From contig JAEHCO010000006.1 of assembly GCA_020697715.1 (NCBI GenBank), forward strand, positions 13,941 through 77,940: a DNA stretch of 64,000 nt. The letters are read 5' to 3'. A model generated the notes under the pieces. It was not told the origin of the DNA. It did not search any database and saw only the letters and a list, made by a program, of their open reading frames with translations. The translations under genes and the position numbers were made by a program. Position 1 is the stretch's first letter. Each line of letters opens with the position of its first letter. The stretch comes from Methanobacteriota archaeon (lineage in GTDB: Archaea > Thermoplasmatota > Thermoplasmata > SG8-5 > JAGLSY01). Below, piece after piece: positions 9,927 to 20,466 of the stretch.

Positions 9927-11438
9927 CTATGGCTTTAATTTGTTAAGAAATTTTTTAACATCATTTTTTTCAGAATTATCTAGGCTAAATGTGAAAAATA
10001 ATCCAAAATAAATGCAAACTCCAATAAGCCCTTCAATTCCCAGGGATATAATATTAGTTGGTGGAAGGAAATTAAGCAGGAAAAACATACTAATGCCCAT
10101 AATTGCGGCAGGAATATAGGTAGTTATAACCACTGCCATGAAATATTTTCGGAGATTGAATCCTAGGTGTTTAATCACATATGAAGCAACAAATGGGGAG
10201 CTTACAACCCATGGAATGGCAGTACCCAAAACAACACCAGTTACACCATAATATTGTACAAGTATCAAACTCAAGATGAGATTGGAAACAGTGACGAAAA
10301 CCAGCGGTATCAAAATCAACTTATATTTTTCCTGTGCAAACAGAATCTTTCCACTAATTCCGCCATAAGATGTGAAGAATGTGTAAAATATAAATATCCT
10401 GGTTGGGAAAACCATATCCAAAAATTTATCACCCATCCAGAAATGAATTATTGGCTCAGCAAATACAAAAATCAAAGTCCCAGTTAATAATGCTATAGCA
10501 CATGTGTATTTAGAACCCCTAATTAACAGACGTTCCAACTCCTCTTTTTTATTCATAGTATCTAGTTCGGTAGCAGCTGGAAGAAGTGCACTTTGAGGAA
10601 GTAAAGTAGCAGTGCTGACAAGATCAAATAATTTTCTAGCAACTGCGTAAGATGTTATAGCCCCTACTGAAACATAAAAGCCTACTAAAATCCTGTCCAA
10701 ACCTAACATTAGAATTCCCATTATTTGGCTGATAAAAATTACAGAGCTGAAAGTGAATATTTTCTTCAATGTGGAAAAACCCATATATTTGAATCTTAAA
10801 TCCAGATAGGGTAAAAGACGTTGAACAGGAATAACCAGGGCAATCTGACCAATTGCACCTATTACTATTCCCCAGAATATTATCTCTGTTATTCCATAAC
10901 CACTGATTAAGATCAATACTGTGGCAATTGCATTTATAATACTAATAATAAAAACCCTGACTGCATTTATGTCATGTCTCTGCATACCAGATAGTACCGT
11001 GGCGAAGCTACGCATGGGCCATGATGTTAAAGCACCAATAGCAACAAGGTAAGCGATTAAGCGAGCTTTATCACCTTGGCTTTGATCTATGTTAAATATA
11101 TCAACGAAAAAAGTTCCAATGATCATTATGGATATGAATATCACAATGCCCACACATAGATAGAATATGAAAGTGGAATTCACCATTTTATTAATGGTTT
11201 CTTTATCATCCTTAGCATTGAATTCTGCTACGTATTTAACCAGAGCGCTTCCAACTCCGAAATCCAGCAAGCCAAAGTATCCAATAAATGCCCCGACAAG
11301 GAGGTAAACCCCATAATCTTCAACACCGACATAGCTGACGATAAATGGGAACAATAAAAACCCAATAATATATTGTGAAAATTTCAATAGAGTATTGGCA
11401 ATAGTGTTTTTAATAATCTTTTTCTTGACACTTGCCAT
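9927..11438 (-). CDS. Wzx/MOP-family oligosaccharide flippase
   Basis: Multiple TM helices; KNTIAN...GVEDYG...LDFGVGSALVKYVA, DRILVG and YGVTGVVLGT motifs. Confidence 0.9.
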   Translation of the reverse strand: MASVKKKIIKNTIANTLLKFSQYIIGFLLFPFIVSYVGVEDYGVYLLVGAFIGYFGLLDFGVGSALVKYVAEFNAKDDKETINKMVNSTFIFYLCVGIVIFISIMIIGTFFVDIFNIDQSQGDKARLIAYLVAIGALTSWPMRSFATVLSGMQRHDINAVRVFIISIINAIATVLILISGYGITEIIFWGIVIGAIGQIALVIPVQRLLPYLDLRFKYMGFSTLKKIFTFSSVIFISQIMGILMLGLDRILVGFYVSVGAITSYAVARKLFDLVSTATLLPQSALLPAATELDTMNKKEELERLLIRGSKYTCAIALLTGTLIFVFAEPIIHFWMGDKFLDMVFPTRIFIFYTFFTSYGGISGKILFAQEKYKLILIPLVFVTVSNLILSLILVQYYGVTGVVLGTAIPWVVSSPFVASYVIKHLGFNLRKYFMAVVITTYIPAAIMGISMFFLLNFLPPTNIISLGIEGLIGVCIYFGLFFTFSLDNSEKNDVKKFLNKLKP

Positions 11439-11613
11439 ACAAGTATGTTGAGATTTAGCTTGATATAAATAAGTTTCCATTTCAAATATATAAAATGTAT
11501 TGCCAGATAAAGAAGAAAAAACGAAAGGTTTAAGTGCGATTGTATATATGTGTATTTAACTTGGATGACTAGGTGGAGTTTAGTCAACTAAATATAAAGG
11601 AGTGAGGAAAAAT

Positions 11614-12567
11614 ATGAAGAAAATAATACCATTTGTATTATGCTTGGCACTTGTGGCAACATGTGGAGGAGTAATTGCAACAGATTCATTGCCTACGGAG
11701 ATCAATGGCACAGGAACTGTAACAATATCCAATGTGGCTCCAAGCCTTACAAGCATAGCGATAAATGATGGAGCATGGATAAACTACATAGATGTAGCAA
11801 CAGAGTATGATTTCTACGTCAATGTGACAGACACAAATGCCATAAATGACATCAAAGAGATCACCTTGGAAGCATGGATGGTGTCCCACGAGGCAGATGA
11901 CGACCCGACATACAGGTACAAATTCACATACACAGAAACAACAACTGGTGATGGAGTACTTGCAGGAAACTGGGTTCAGAATTTCCCAACAACAGAGAAC
12001 TACCTGGATGTCACAACTGCAAGCACATTACCTGGTGACCCAGCATTAACCACTGGAAGCTATATGTTCAGCTTGACATTGAATAAAACTGCAAAGGCAG
12101 GAAGCTGGAGATACAATGCGACAGTTACTGATGAGAGCGGTGCCAAATCCACAATAGGATATGAGGCATTTGGAGTCTACAAGTATGTGGAAATGACATA
12201 CGATACCGGCGCAGGAAATGATTTCGCATGGACATCTTCAGCAGGTCAGAATGATGTTTTAGCGACCTTTGATACAACTGTTACATCAAACACAGTATAC
12301 ACATTAGCTGCAGCCTATGAGGACAGTTTCTATGGTGATGACCCAGCAACCACATGGTGGGGAAGTGAACCGTCATTAGAAATTCAAACGTCTAGTCAGT
12401 CCAAGGTTACAGTGACCAACTACACTGTATCATTTGCAGATTGGACGATCAACGCGCTACCAGTATACGACCAGACCCTGACACACAATCTCTATCTGGA
12501 TGTACCTATTGGATTGCCATCGGCGACCTACACTGGTGTGACGATCTACATACGTGCTTCAGTATAA
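11614..12567 (+). CDS. Secreted two-domain beta-sandwich protein, putative fimbrial/WxL/Csu-like subunit
   Basis: Signal peptide MKKIIPFVLCLALVATCGGVIA; Thr-rich; C-terminal LDVPIGLPSATYTGVTIYI; no membrane anchor. Confidence 0.55.
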   Translation: MKKIIPFVLCLALVATCGGVIATDSLPTEINGTGTVTISNVAPSLTSIAINDGAWINYIDVATEYDFYVNVTDTNAINDIKEITLEAWMVSHEADDDPTYRYKFTYTETTTGDGVLAGNWVQNFPTTENYLDVTTASTLPGDPALTTGSYMFSLTLNKTAKAGSWRYNATVTDESGAKSTIGYEAFGVYKYVEMTYDTGAGNDFAWTSSAGQNDVLATFDTTVTSNTVYTLAAAYEDSFYGDDPATTWWGSEPSLEIQTSSQSKVTVTNYTVSFADWTINALPVYDQTLTHNLYLDVPIGLPSATYTGVTIYIRASV

Positions 12568-12580
12568 GCATAAAATGCAT

Positions 12581-12620
12581 ACGTGCCTCTTAACGGAGGC
12601 ACGTCCCTTTTACTTTTTTT
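12581..12620 (+). terminator. Hairpin plus T-tract
   Basis: ACGTGCCTC-ttaacg-GAGGCACGT followed by CCCTTTTTTACTTTTTT. Confidence 0.7.
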
Positions 12621-12672
12621 ATTTACTAAATAAGAAATATACATATATATGATAAATGGGTTAAGTGGTCTG

Positions 12673-14544
12673 ATGCGTGGCAAAATAATATTGATCGCAA
12701 TACTGCTCCTTACATCGATACTGATAGTCCCAGCAAACACAAGTGCTAACTATCCATTGGGGATATCAGGAGCATCGGGCTTTGTTGTTCCACCTTTCCA
12801 ATCAGAACTGCTTAATGATACAACAACTTACTTCAGATTGTATCTGGCAGACACTGCCCAGTCATCTTTGGATATAGAGGTGGATGTAGAAGGAGATATT
12901 GCACAATACATTACTTTCCCTGGTTATGATGGGGAACTGCCCACCTTCACGATCTATCCTGGAGATAATTTGAAGATTCCATATATGATCGATTTTCCTG
13001 CTTCATTGCCTGGAAAGTATCCCGGGACGATCCTAGCAATAGGCAGCCCACCGCCATCACAGATCACTGGAACAGGTGCTATAGGCAAGCCAGTTTTGTC
13101 CGTCGATATTATTGTTGATGTTCCAACAGATGTTCAGGTCTATAATTTCGCTGTGACAAATCCGAATGGATTTGTAGATCAGGATTGGAGCAATTGGGGA
13201 ACTGGATGGGGTACAAGCTTCGATGTTATCAATGGAGCTAATAAGACCTTCAATGGCTATTGCAATGTGACACTCAGCGATATTGATGGGGTAATTGAAT
13301 ATGATAATTACAGCATTATCAATCTTACCGCATTGACAGGAACTGATCCACATACAGTATCTTGGCAGACTGATCTCCCTCTGGGAGAGACATACATGAT
13401 TAGTGCGAAGGTCTACTCTTCGGACAATGTTGCTTTCGATGAAGAATTTGGATCAATAGTCATTCCATCTCCAGCAAAGATCAGCGATGTTTATCGGCAG
13501 CCAGACATTGTGTTTGGAGATGATGTTGTCACGGTCTATGCCGTACTTGCAAGCTCAGATTCGACAGTGACATTACATTGGCAACCAGTCGGTGGCTCTG
13601 AAACAACAGTACCCATGACCTTTTCCGCCACACTAGGAGAAGATGGAGAGTTCATAGGCAATATACCAGCCCAGCCAATAGATACGACCATCAATTACTG
13701 GGTTACCTCAGACAATGATGCATTTTCATATCGGTCACCAGGAGCGGGCTCTTATTCTTATTATGTATTTTCACCAAATATTCCAGACCTGGTAATGGAT
13801 GAGAATAGCATATCTTTCTCTCCCATAGATCCCACTGCAACCATTATGAATGAGTCTGAAGCCGGAACTAATATCATCATAACTGTAAGAAATACTGGCC
13901 CGGGAGATGCAGCCAATATTTTAGTTAGAGTGTATGACTTGGAAGTAATGGTATTCGAGCATACGATACCAAGCTTAGCCGGGGAAGGCAATTCAGACAC
14001 TGTGAACTTCAACTGGGCTCCAACTCAGGGTGAACATAATCTGAGGTTCGATGTTGATCCAGATAATACGATCTTTGAATTAAATGAGAACAATAATGAT
14101 TATTCCATATCTGTCACCATACACGAGGCTCCTCCTGTAGTGGAGGATGAAGCAGATGACCCTCTGGCAGACGATCTTGCATTCATATCCATTCCATTAA
14201 TAATCCTTCTAGTTATCTTCTTATTATTATTCCTCATGAAGAAGGGAAAGAAGATCAATGTCATGGTGTACAAGGCTAGACCATCCAGGTCAGATAAAGA
14301 AGGGAAGATGAGATGGATCTACAACTGCGGCTACGGTGATGAGATCAGACTGGGAAACACAAACCCAACAACTGTGAAAGCCACCAAAGGCGATATTATT
14401 CAAGTAGAGGTCAAAGGCCTCTCACAAAGAGATGACGGCCGAATCGTGTGGCAGAGTGCGAATGCCACCAAGCTGCAGCCGAAGTTGGACAAGGCAGATG
14501 ACCCGGACAAGATCAGGAAGATGATCGCGAAAAAGAAGAAGTAA
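12673..14544 (+). CDS. Membrane-anchored surface protein: Ig-like domains, CARDB, TM and cytoplasmic OB-like tail
   Basis: Signal peptide; PDL...ITVRNTG...VDPDNTIFELNENNN CARDB motif; TM near 14176-14235; basic ~100-aa C-terminal domain. Confidence 0.7.
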   Translation: MRGKIILIAILLLTSILIVPANTSANYPLGISGASGFVVPPFQSELLNDTTTYFRLYLADTAQSSLDIEVDVEGDIAQYITFPGYDGELPTFTIYPGDNLKIPYMIDFPASLPGKYPGTILAIGSPPPSQITGTGAIGKPVLSVDIIVDVPTDVQVYNFAVTNPNGFVDQDWSNWGTGWGTSFDVINGANKTFNGYCNVTLSDIDGVIEYDNYSIINLTALTGTDPHTVSWQTDLPLGETYMISAKVYSSDNVAFDEEFGSIVIPSPAKISDVYRQPDIVFGDDVVTVYAVLASSDSTVTLHWQPVGGSETTVPMTFSATLGEDGEFIGNIPAQPIDTTINYWVTSDNDAFSYRSPGAGSYSYYVFSPNIPDLVMDENSISFSPIDPTATIMNESEAGTNIIITVRNTGPGDAANILVRVYDLEVMVFEHTIPSLAGEGNSDTVNFNWAPTQGEHNLRFDVDPDNTIFELNENNNDYSISVTIHEAPPVVEDEADDPLADDLAFISIPLIILLVIFLLLFLMKKGKKINVMVYKARPSRSDKEGKMRWIYNCGYGDEIRLGNTNPTTVKATKGDIIQVEVKGLSQRDDGRIVWQSANATKLQPKLDKADDPDKIRKMIAKKKK

Positions 14545-14641
14545 GGACTCACACCCATAAGGGGTCCATATCTCATCCACATCCTGGATAGTTTAATAAA
14601 CAACCTCTTTATTCTATAAGCCAACATCATGGTGAAGGAAC

Positions 14642-15589
14642 ATGAATGCCATTGACACTGTATTGACGATATATCTCATCATCGCTTTCCTTGTGGGTAT
14701 AAAGATATTTACAAAGAAGAAGCTCACATTCACAAGCCTCTACAATATGGCATGCAGGTACCAGTATCATTTCTACATCCTGTTCACCATAATGATCATA
14801 AGGGTCTTTGTGGACTGGGCGGAGGATCCCATCGAATTGATACTGAATATAGATTTCACACCGTTGATATATGATCTGGAAGGCCACAGGGTGTATTATA
14901 TCCAGAAGGCACTGCTCAATGATAATTTTACAACGTTCATGGCCCTGATCTATATTGGATCCTTCATGTTCATCATGACCTTTTCCTTCTCCATGTTCGC
15001 CTACGTTGACAAATACAAGATCGCTAGTCAACTGGCATTGCTGAACATCGTGCTCCTCCTCATGGCCATTCCCTTCCAGCTTCTGGTCATTGTCTATGTG
15101 CCTTCGTATCCAAAAATGTTTTACCCGGGAGCAACACCAGTGGTCTCTGGGATCGAGCCTTTACTTTATAATTACAACCCACTGGTCAATGAATGGTTCG
15201 TTGGTTATGAGACCTTCAACAATTGCTTCCCATCACTGCATATAGGCTATCCAACGGCTATATTGATGATGATGGTGAGGAATGTCAAGGGTTTCAGAGG
15301 ATACAAGATCTTCATGTTCTCCATGATAATACTCATAGCTATATCGATATTATACCTGGGCATCCACTGGCTGACGGACATTTTCGGAGGTGTGGGGATA
15401 GCTATAGTCGCTGTCATGGTCACAGAGAGATTATCCTATCCCTTCTGGAGAAAGGTTCACATATTTGATAAGAATAGGACATTCAGGCTCGAATTACCTC
15501 AAAAGAAAGATCCTGAAGAAGAGACTGTTATCGGATCAGATGAAGAGCAACTGGAATCTGAAGAAATTTTACAAGATCCAGACCAATAG
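14642..15589 (+). CDS. PAP2-superfamily membrane phosphatase/phosphotransferase (IPC-synthase-like)
   Basis: NCFPSLH and SILYLGIHWLTD catalytic motifs; multiple TMs. Confidence 0.85.
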   Translation: MNAIDTVLTIYLIIAFLVGIKIFTKKKLTFTSLYNMACRYQYHFYILFTIMIIRVFVDWAEDPIELILNIDFTPLIYDLEGHRVYYIQKALLNDNFTTFMALIYIGSFMFIMTFSFSMFAYVDKYKIASQLALLNIVLLLMAIPFQLLVIVYVPSYPKMFYPGATPVVSGIEPLLYNYNPLVNEWFVGYETFNNCFPSLHIGYPTAILMMMVRNVKGFRGYKIFMFSMIILIAISILYLGIHWLTDIFGGVGIAIVAVMVTERLSYPFWRKVHIFDKNRTFRLELPQKKDPEEETVIGSDEEQLESEEILQDPDQ

Positions 15590-15594
15590 ATAAT

Positions 15595-16761
15595 TCAATA
15601 AAATTCTTCCATCGCCCTGGAATAAAAGGCCTTGGTTTGGTCAGATATGATCTCCCAATCGAATTTCTCAACCGCTATCTCACGGCTCTTCCTGCCCATG
15701 TCCCGTCTTAGATTATTATCGGACAGCATGATATTGACCTTGTTAGCCAATGCCTTTGGATCGGCCTTTTCGAATACCAGGCCATTCTTACCATCCTGAA
15801 TGACCTCGGGTATCCCACCGGCATTCGAGCCGCAGAGTGGAGTGCCACAAGCTCCGGCTTCGACAAGAACGAAACCAAAAGTTTCCCAGAGGGATGGCAA
15901 TACGAAGAGATCGGCAGAAGAGTAAAGTTCTGGCATTCGGGCATCATCTATGAAGCCCGGAAATATTATATTATTATCAAGTCCCATCTTGGATATCTTC
16001 TCCTGAAGTCGTGGGACGAGCTTGCCCTTGCCGACTATCAGAAGGCGGGTGCTCTTATGTTCCTTCAGGATAGCTGGCATCGCGTCAATGAGATGATCAA
16101 GTCCCTTTTGTTGGATAATTCTCCCGACAAATACCAGTAGATTATCAAATCCTTCAGCGTGTTCCTCCCTGAAGGTCTTTTCCGATGGTTTGTAGAATTC
16201 CGTGTCCACGCCATTGTATATGACATCTATCTTGTCGCCATCCAGGCCATATTCCATGATATCCTTTTTCAGAGCATGGCTGACTGAGATTATTCGGTCC
16301 ACACTTCGCAGAACGTCCTTTCCTCTCAGGCCGTCGTATGTTGTGCCGAAAAGATCGATGGTCTTGCTGATGCCAACAGGTCTTGCATTATGCAGGGTGA
16401 AGACCATTAGCTTTTTCTTTTTCTTGGCATAATCCACAACTGAATTATAACTGCCGAACCAGCGGCCATGCAGATTGAACACATCGTATTGATTCTCATC
16501 GTCCAGCTTGGCTATCCTGGAGATAACGCCTTTTGTAACTGGGAGAGGTGGGGGATAGATAACTGGCATCTTGTAATGCTTTGTTGGGAGTCTATGGACA
16601 TTGATGCCTTCGATGACCTCGAACTCAGAAGTTCCTTCCATCTGAGAGGTGACAACCGAGACATCATCCACTCTGGCCAGTCTTTTTCCGATCTCGTACA
16701 TGTTCTTCTCGGAGCCACCGATGAAAGGATGAAAATAGCCATTGACCATGCATAGCTTCAT
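15595..16761 (-). CDS. Glycosyltransferase family 4
   Basis: FHPFIGGSE, YNGVD, VGRIIQQKG and ETFGFVLVEAGACG motifs. Confidence 0.92.
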   Translation of the reverse strand: MKLCMVNGYFHPFIGGSEKNMYEIGKRLARVDDVSVVTSQMEGTSEFEVIEGINVHRLPTKHYKMPVIYPPPLPVTKGVISRIAKLDDENQYDVFNLHGRWFGSYNSVVDYAKKKKKLMVFTLHNARPVGISKTIDLFGTTYDGLRGKDVLRSVDRIISVSHALKKDIMEYGLDGDKIDVIYNGVDTEFYKPSEKTFREEHAEGFDNLLVFVGRIIQQKGLDHLIDAMPAILKEHKSTRLLIVGKGKLVPRLQEKISKMGLDNNIIFPGFIDDARMPELYSSADLFVLPSLWETFGFVLVEAGACGTPLCGSNAGGIPEVIQDGKNGLVFEKADPKALANKVNIMLSDNNLRRDMGRKSREIAVEKFDWEIISDQTKAFYSRAMEEFY

Positions 16762-16871
16762 AGGATTGTTGAGAATAAGCCAGCCAATATATATTTATCG
16801 TAAGATGGGAACGAACATCTAATATATTGTCAAGATCATAATGTATCAATTGTAGCAGAGGTGGAAGTATC

Positions 16872-19800
16872 ATGAATGACGTACTTGTTGGGAGAAAGGA
16901 AGAGACAAGGATATTGAGCGAGTTCATGGACAATTCACTAAATGGAAAGGGTGTGGCTGCCATTATCAAAGGCGGCGCGGGCATTGGGAAGAGCAGGCTT
17001 ATTGCGGAATTCAAGGAAATCGCCGAAGGAAAGGGATTGAAGATCCTCACAGGAATAGCAGATGCCTATACGTCAAGACCATTCCATCTTTTTCGTGAGA
17101 TCCTTGATAATATTGATGAAGAGCCAATGCTCAGAGATTCGGAATTCACTAACTTTGCCAAAGTATTTGCCGTGAACAAGGGCAGCCTCCTTATAGCCGA
17201 TGCGTCACCGCAGGATGAAAAAGGCCTTGATTCGGACATATTTGCAGGAATGCTCTCTGCGGTTCAGGATTTCATCAGAGATTCCTTTGGCGGGACTGGC
17301 AAGCAGTCATCTGGATTGGGGAGATTGGAATATGGGGATCTGAAGATCATCATAGAACATGGAGAAAGTGTGTTCCTTGCAGTTGTTTTCAGAGGTAAAG
17401 AACATCCCAATATGAAAAATTCCATCAGGCTGGCTGTCAATGACATAGATGAGGCTTGCGGAGACACCCTCGCTGATTGGAATGGCAATATGGAACATGT
17501 AAAGCCAGCGCAGGATATCCTGGAAAAACTGGTGGATATTCGCTTTCTGGTCAGAAAGGATCTGGAAGGTGTGAAGCTGGATGCCGAGAGGATACGTGTG
17601 GCAGACTCGGTGCTCGATCATCTAATATCAGTATCTGATGAGCAAACTCTGGCCATATTATTGGAAGACATGCATTGGGCGGATGAATCCTCGCTATTCG
17701 TCCTCCAGTACTTGATGAGAAGTATATCGAATAGACGAATTATTATCCTTTCCACACTGAGAACTGGAGAGGTGGAGAGCGTGGAAGAATTTGCTGATCT
17801 GATGATAGATGAGGGCAGTTGCAAGGATATTGCCCTTGAAAGACTGGCATCCAAGGATATATTGAACATGGTGGAGAACATATTACCAAAGCATGGACTT
17901 GGCATGAATTTCATAGATGAGCTTGAGTCCCGATGTGAGGGAAATCCCTTCTTCATCCAGGAGATTTTGAGACACATGTTATTGGATGGGGCCATTGTTC
18001 AGGAAGATGGCGGATACTCATTGATAGGGGATATGTACATGATCCCAGACAATATCGAGGAATTGGTCCACAGAAAGCTGGAGGCCATAGAGCCAGATGC
18101 ATTGTCCATAGTGGAATTCTCATCATGCATTGGGAGGGAATTCGATATCAATATACCAGGATCATCGAGAATGGTCAGTGATATAGGATCCGCGATAAGC
18201 AAACTGGAAGATTCTGGCCTGATACAGATCATTAATGAAAAAGCGATATTCACCCACGCTTTGTTCCAAGAGGTGATATACAAAGGGATAACAGATCGCT
18301 GGAGATCCGTGTACCATCAGAACATTGGGGAGATATACGAATCATTGTACAATCATGATATGGTCATATTTGAATTGGCCAGACATTTCTCCAGGTCAAG
18401 GAAGCATAGCAAGGCCTTTGATTATTGTTCCAGGGCGGGAGAGAGATCCGAAGCCATGTTAGCTCCTGAACAGGCCATTGACTATTACCTGGACGCGATA
18501 AAGGCATTGGACAATATGAGGAAGATCACTGGCACGAACGAGAGCAGAGGCGAGCTCCTGCAAAGGTTGGGAGATGCCTATTCACTTATCAGCGACTTCG
18601 ATAAGGCCATAGAGAAATACGATATGGCCTTCGAATTGGACACAGATATTGATACCATGGCCATGCTGCACAGGAAGAGAGCGGGCATATTCGAGAAGCG
18701 AGGAGATTATATTGAGAGTGGTTTGGAATGCCAGAAGGGACTGGATCTACTGGATGGGAAGATAAATGCCGTCACTGTCAACCTAATGCTTGTAAGATCT
18801 GCGAACTTGCTCAGGACGGGATCTGTCGAAGAGGCTGGAGAGCTTGCGAACAAAGCACTCGGGCTGGCAAAAGAACTGGGCGACAAAAAGCTTGAAGCCA
18901 ATACCTATCATTTACTCGGAAGTATGGGCCTTATAACTGGACAGTTCGCAACGGCGATCGAGAACCTTGATAAAGCGATAGGGATAAGAGAGGAGATAGG
19001 AGACGAGTCTGGAGCCTCCGCCTCCCTGAACAATCTGGGTATCGCCCATTATTATACTGGTGATGTGAACATGGCACTGGATTGTTATAGCAAGAGCCTG
19101 GCCATATATCAGAAGATAGGTGACAAATATGGAATGGCCTCCCTATTGAACAATATGGGAGGCTTCAGCCAAGATTTTGGAGAGCTCGATAAAGCACTGG
19201 ATTACCATATGCAGAGCATGGACATCAAGAAGCAGATAGGAGACAAATACGGTATGGCCAGCACTTACACCAATCTTGGCATCGTGCACAGAGGCCTTGG
19301 CAAGCTTGATGAGGCACTGGAATTCAATCAGAAGGGGTTGAAGCTGGCTACCGAGATCGCCAATGCAAAGGAGATCACGATTAACATCAACAATATAGGA
19401 GAGGCATATTTTGAAAAGGGCGAATACAGCAAGGCCGAAGAGCAATACAAGAAGGCCATCCTGATATGCCAGGAGTGCAAGGACAAGCATCAGGAATCTC
19501 ACTCCCTAAGAGGAATGGCCAAGATAAATATCATGATGAAGGATAGTGGAAAGGCCGTGGAATTTGCAGATGAGGCTTTGGCCATATCCATAGAGATCGG
19601 ATCACAGGGCGAGGAGTGGAGGTCCAGGAACATATTGGGAGCCGCACTCAGATCATCCGGATCATTTGACAAATCCAAAGAGGAGCTGGACAAGGCCCTG
19701 GAGATACTAACAGCCACAGGAAGTAGTGAGAAAGAACCAGCGGTGATGTTCGAATTAGGTCTTTTGCACAGAGATATGGGAAATACAGATGAAGCAAAAA

Positions 19801-19895
19801 AGAGCTTCTCAGTCGCCAGAGAGATATATGATAAGAGAGGGTATATCAGAGATGTGAGCAAGATCGACAAGGAATTGGTCAATCTGAACCAGTGA
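16872..19895 (+). CDS. STAND-class AAA ATPase with inserted roadblock/longin-like domain and C-terminal TPRs
   Basis: LVGRKEE, Walker A GGAGIGKS, Walker B LLEDMHWAD, GNPFF; MalT-like TPR repeats (ASLNNLG, STYTNLG). Confidence 0.85.
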   Translation: MNDVLVGRKEETRILSEFMDNSLNGKGVAAIIKGGAGIGKSRLIAEFKEIAEGKGLKILTGIADAYTSRPFHLFREILDNIDEEPMLRDSEFTNFAKVFAVNKGSLLIADASPQDEKGLDSDIFAGMLSAVQDFIRDSFGGTGKQSSGLGRLEYGDLKIIIEHGESVFLAVVFRGKEHPNMKNSIRLAVNDIDEACGDTLADWNGNMEHVKPAQDILEKLVDIRFLVRKDLEGVKLDAERIRVADSVLDHLISVSDEQTLAILLEDMHWADESSLFVLQYLMRSISNRRIIILSTLRTGEVESVEEFADLMIDEGSCKDIALERLASKDILNMVENILPKHGLGMNFIDELESRCEGNPFFIQEILRHMLLDGAIVQEDGGYSLIGDMYMIPDNIEELVHRKLEAIEPDALSIVEFSSCIGREFDINIPGSSRMVSDIGSAISKLEDSGLIQIINEKAIFTHALFQEVIYKGITDRWRSVYHQNIGEIYESLYNHDMVIFELARHFSRSRKHSKAFDYCSRAGERSEAMLAPEQAIDYYLDAIKALDNMRKITGTNESRGELLQRLGDAYSLISDFDKAIEKYDMAFELDTDIDTMAMLHRKRAGIFEKRGDYIESGLECQKGLDLLDGKINAVTVNLMLVRSANLLRTGSVEEAGELANKALGLAKELGDKKLEANTYHLLGSMGLITGQFATAIENLDKAIGIREEIGDESGASASLNNLGIAHYYTGDVNMALDCYSKSLAIYQKIGDKYGMASLLNNMGGFSQDFGELDKALDYHMQSMDIKKQIGDKYGMASTYTNLGIVHRGLGKLDEALEFNQKGLKLATEIANAKEITININNIGEAYFEKGEYSKAEEQYKKAILICQECKDKHQESHSLRGMAKINIMMKDSGKAVEFADEALAISIEIGSQGEEWRSRNILGAALRSSGSFDKSKEELDKALEILTATGSSEKEPAVMFELGLLHRDMGNTDEAKKSFSVAREIYDKRGYIRDVSKIDKELVNLNQ

Positions 19896-20466
19896 TGGTA
19901 TCCTTGCCTATTCTTTTTTGATATATGTACGATGATAGGAAGCTAAGACCGATCACGATGAAAAGAGACAGTATTGTGAACTTTTGAGCTGTCTCTTGCT
20001 CGAACTGGATATTGAGGAAGCCTATCAGGGCGAAGAGAGCGCCGTACTTGGCCAATCCACCTATTATCAAGTAAGACATGGACTTCCAGTAGTTCCACTC
20101 ACAAACTGCGATAAAAGCGCCTGTAAAGGGCACTATGGGGGCCACTCGGTTGATGAGGATGATGCGTTCATCCTTCAGGAATATGAAATCCGTCCACTTC
20201 TTCATCGCCTTTTTGATGAAATCCGGGAGCTTCGCTTTCTTTACCAGGCCATAAAGTAAAGAATTGCCTGTGAACTCCGCAGCCACGGCCGTGATAAGTA
20301 AAATAATACCCCATATTAGAGTGGGGTCAAGAAGGAAGGCCAGTGTGGCAAATACCTCCGGTAATGTTGGGAATATCACGGAATCTATGACCAGTATGAT
20401 GAATATGGCTATCAGGGCGTAGTACATCCCGTGATTGACGAACCAGTCGAAAAGTCCTTCGAACAT
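19879..20466 (-). CDS. DedA/VTT-family membrane protein
   Basis: Hydrophobic; FPTLPE, GNSLLY and NRVAP motifs. Confidence 0.65.
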   Translation of the reverse strand: MFEGLFDWFVNHGMYYALIAIFIILVIDSVIFPTLPEVFATLAFLLDPTLIWGIILLITAVAAEFTGNSLLYGLVKKAKLPDFIKKAMKKWTDFIFLKDERIILINRVAPIVPFTGAFIAVCEWNYWKSMSYLIIGGLAKYGALFALIGFLNIQFEQETAQKFTILSLFIVIGLSFLSSYIYQKRIGKDTITGSD

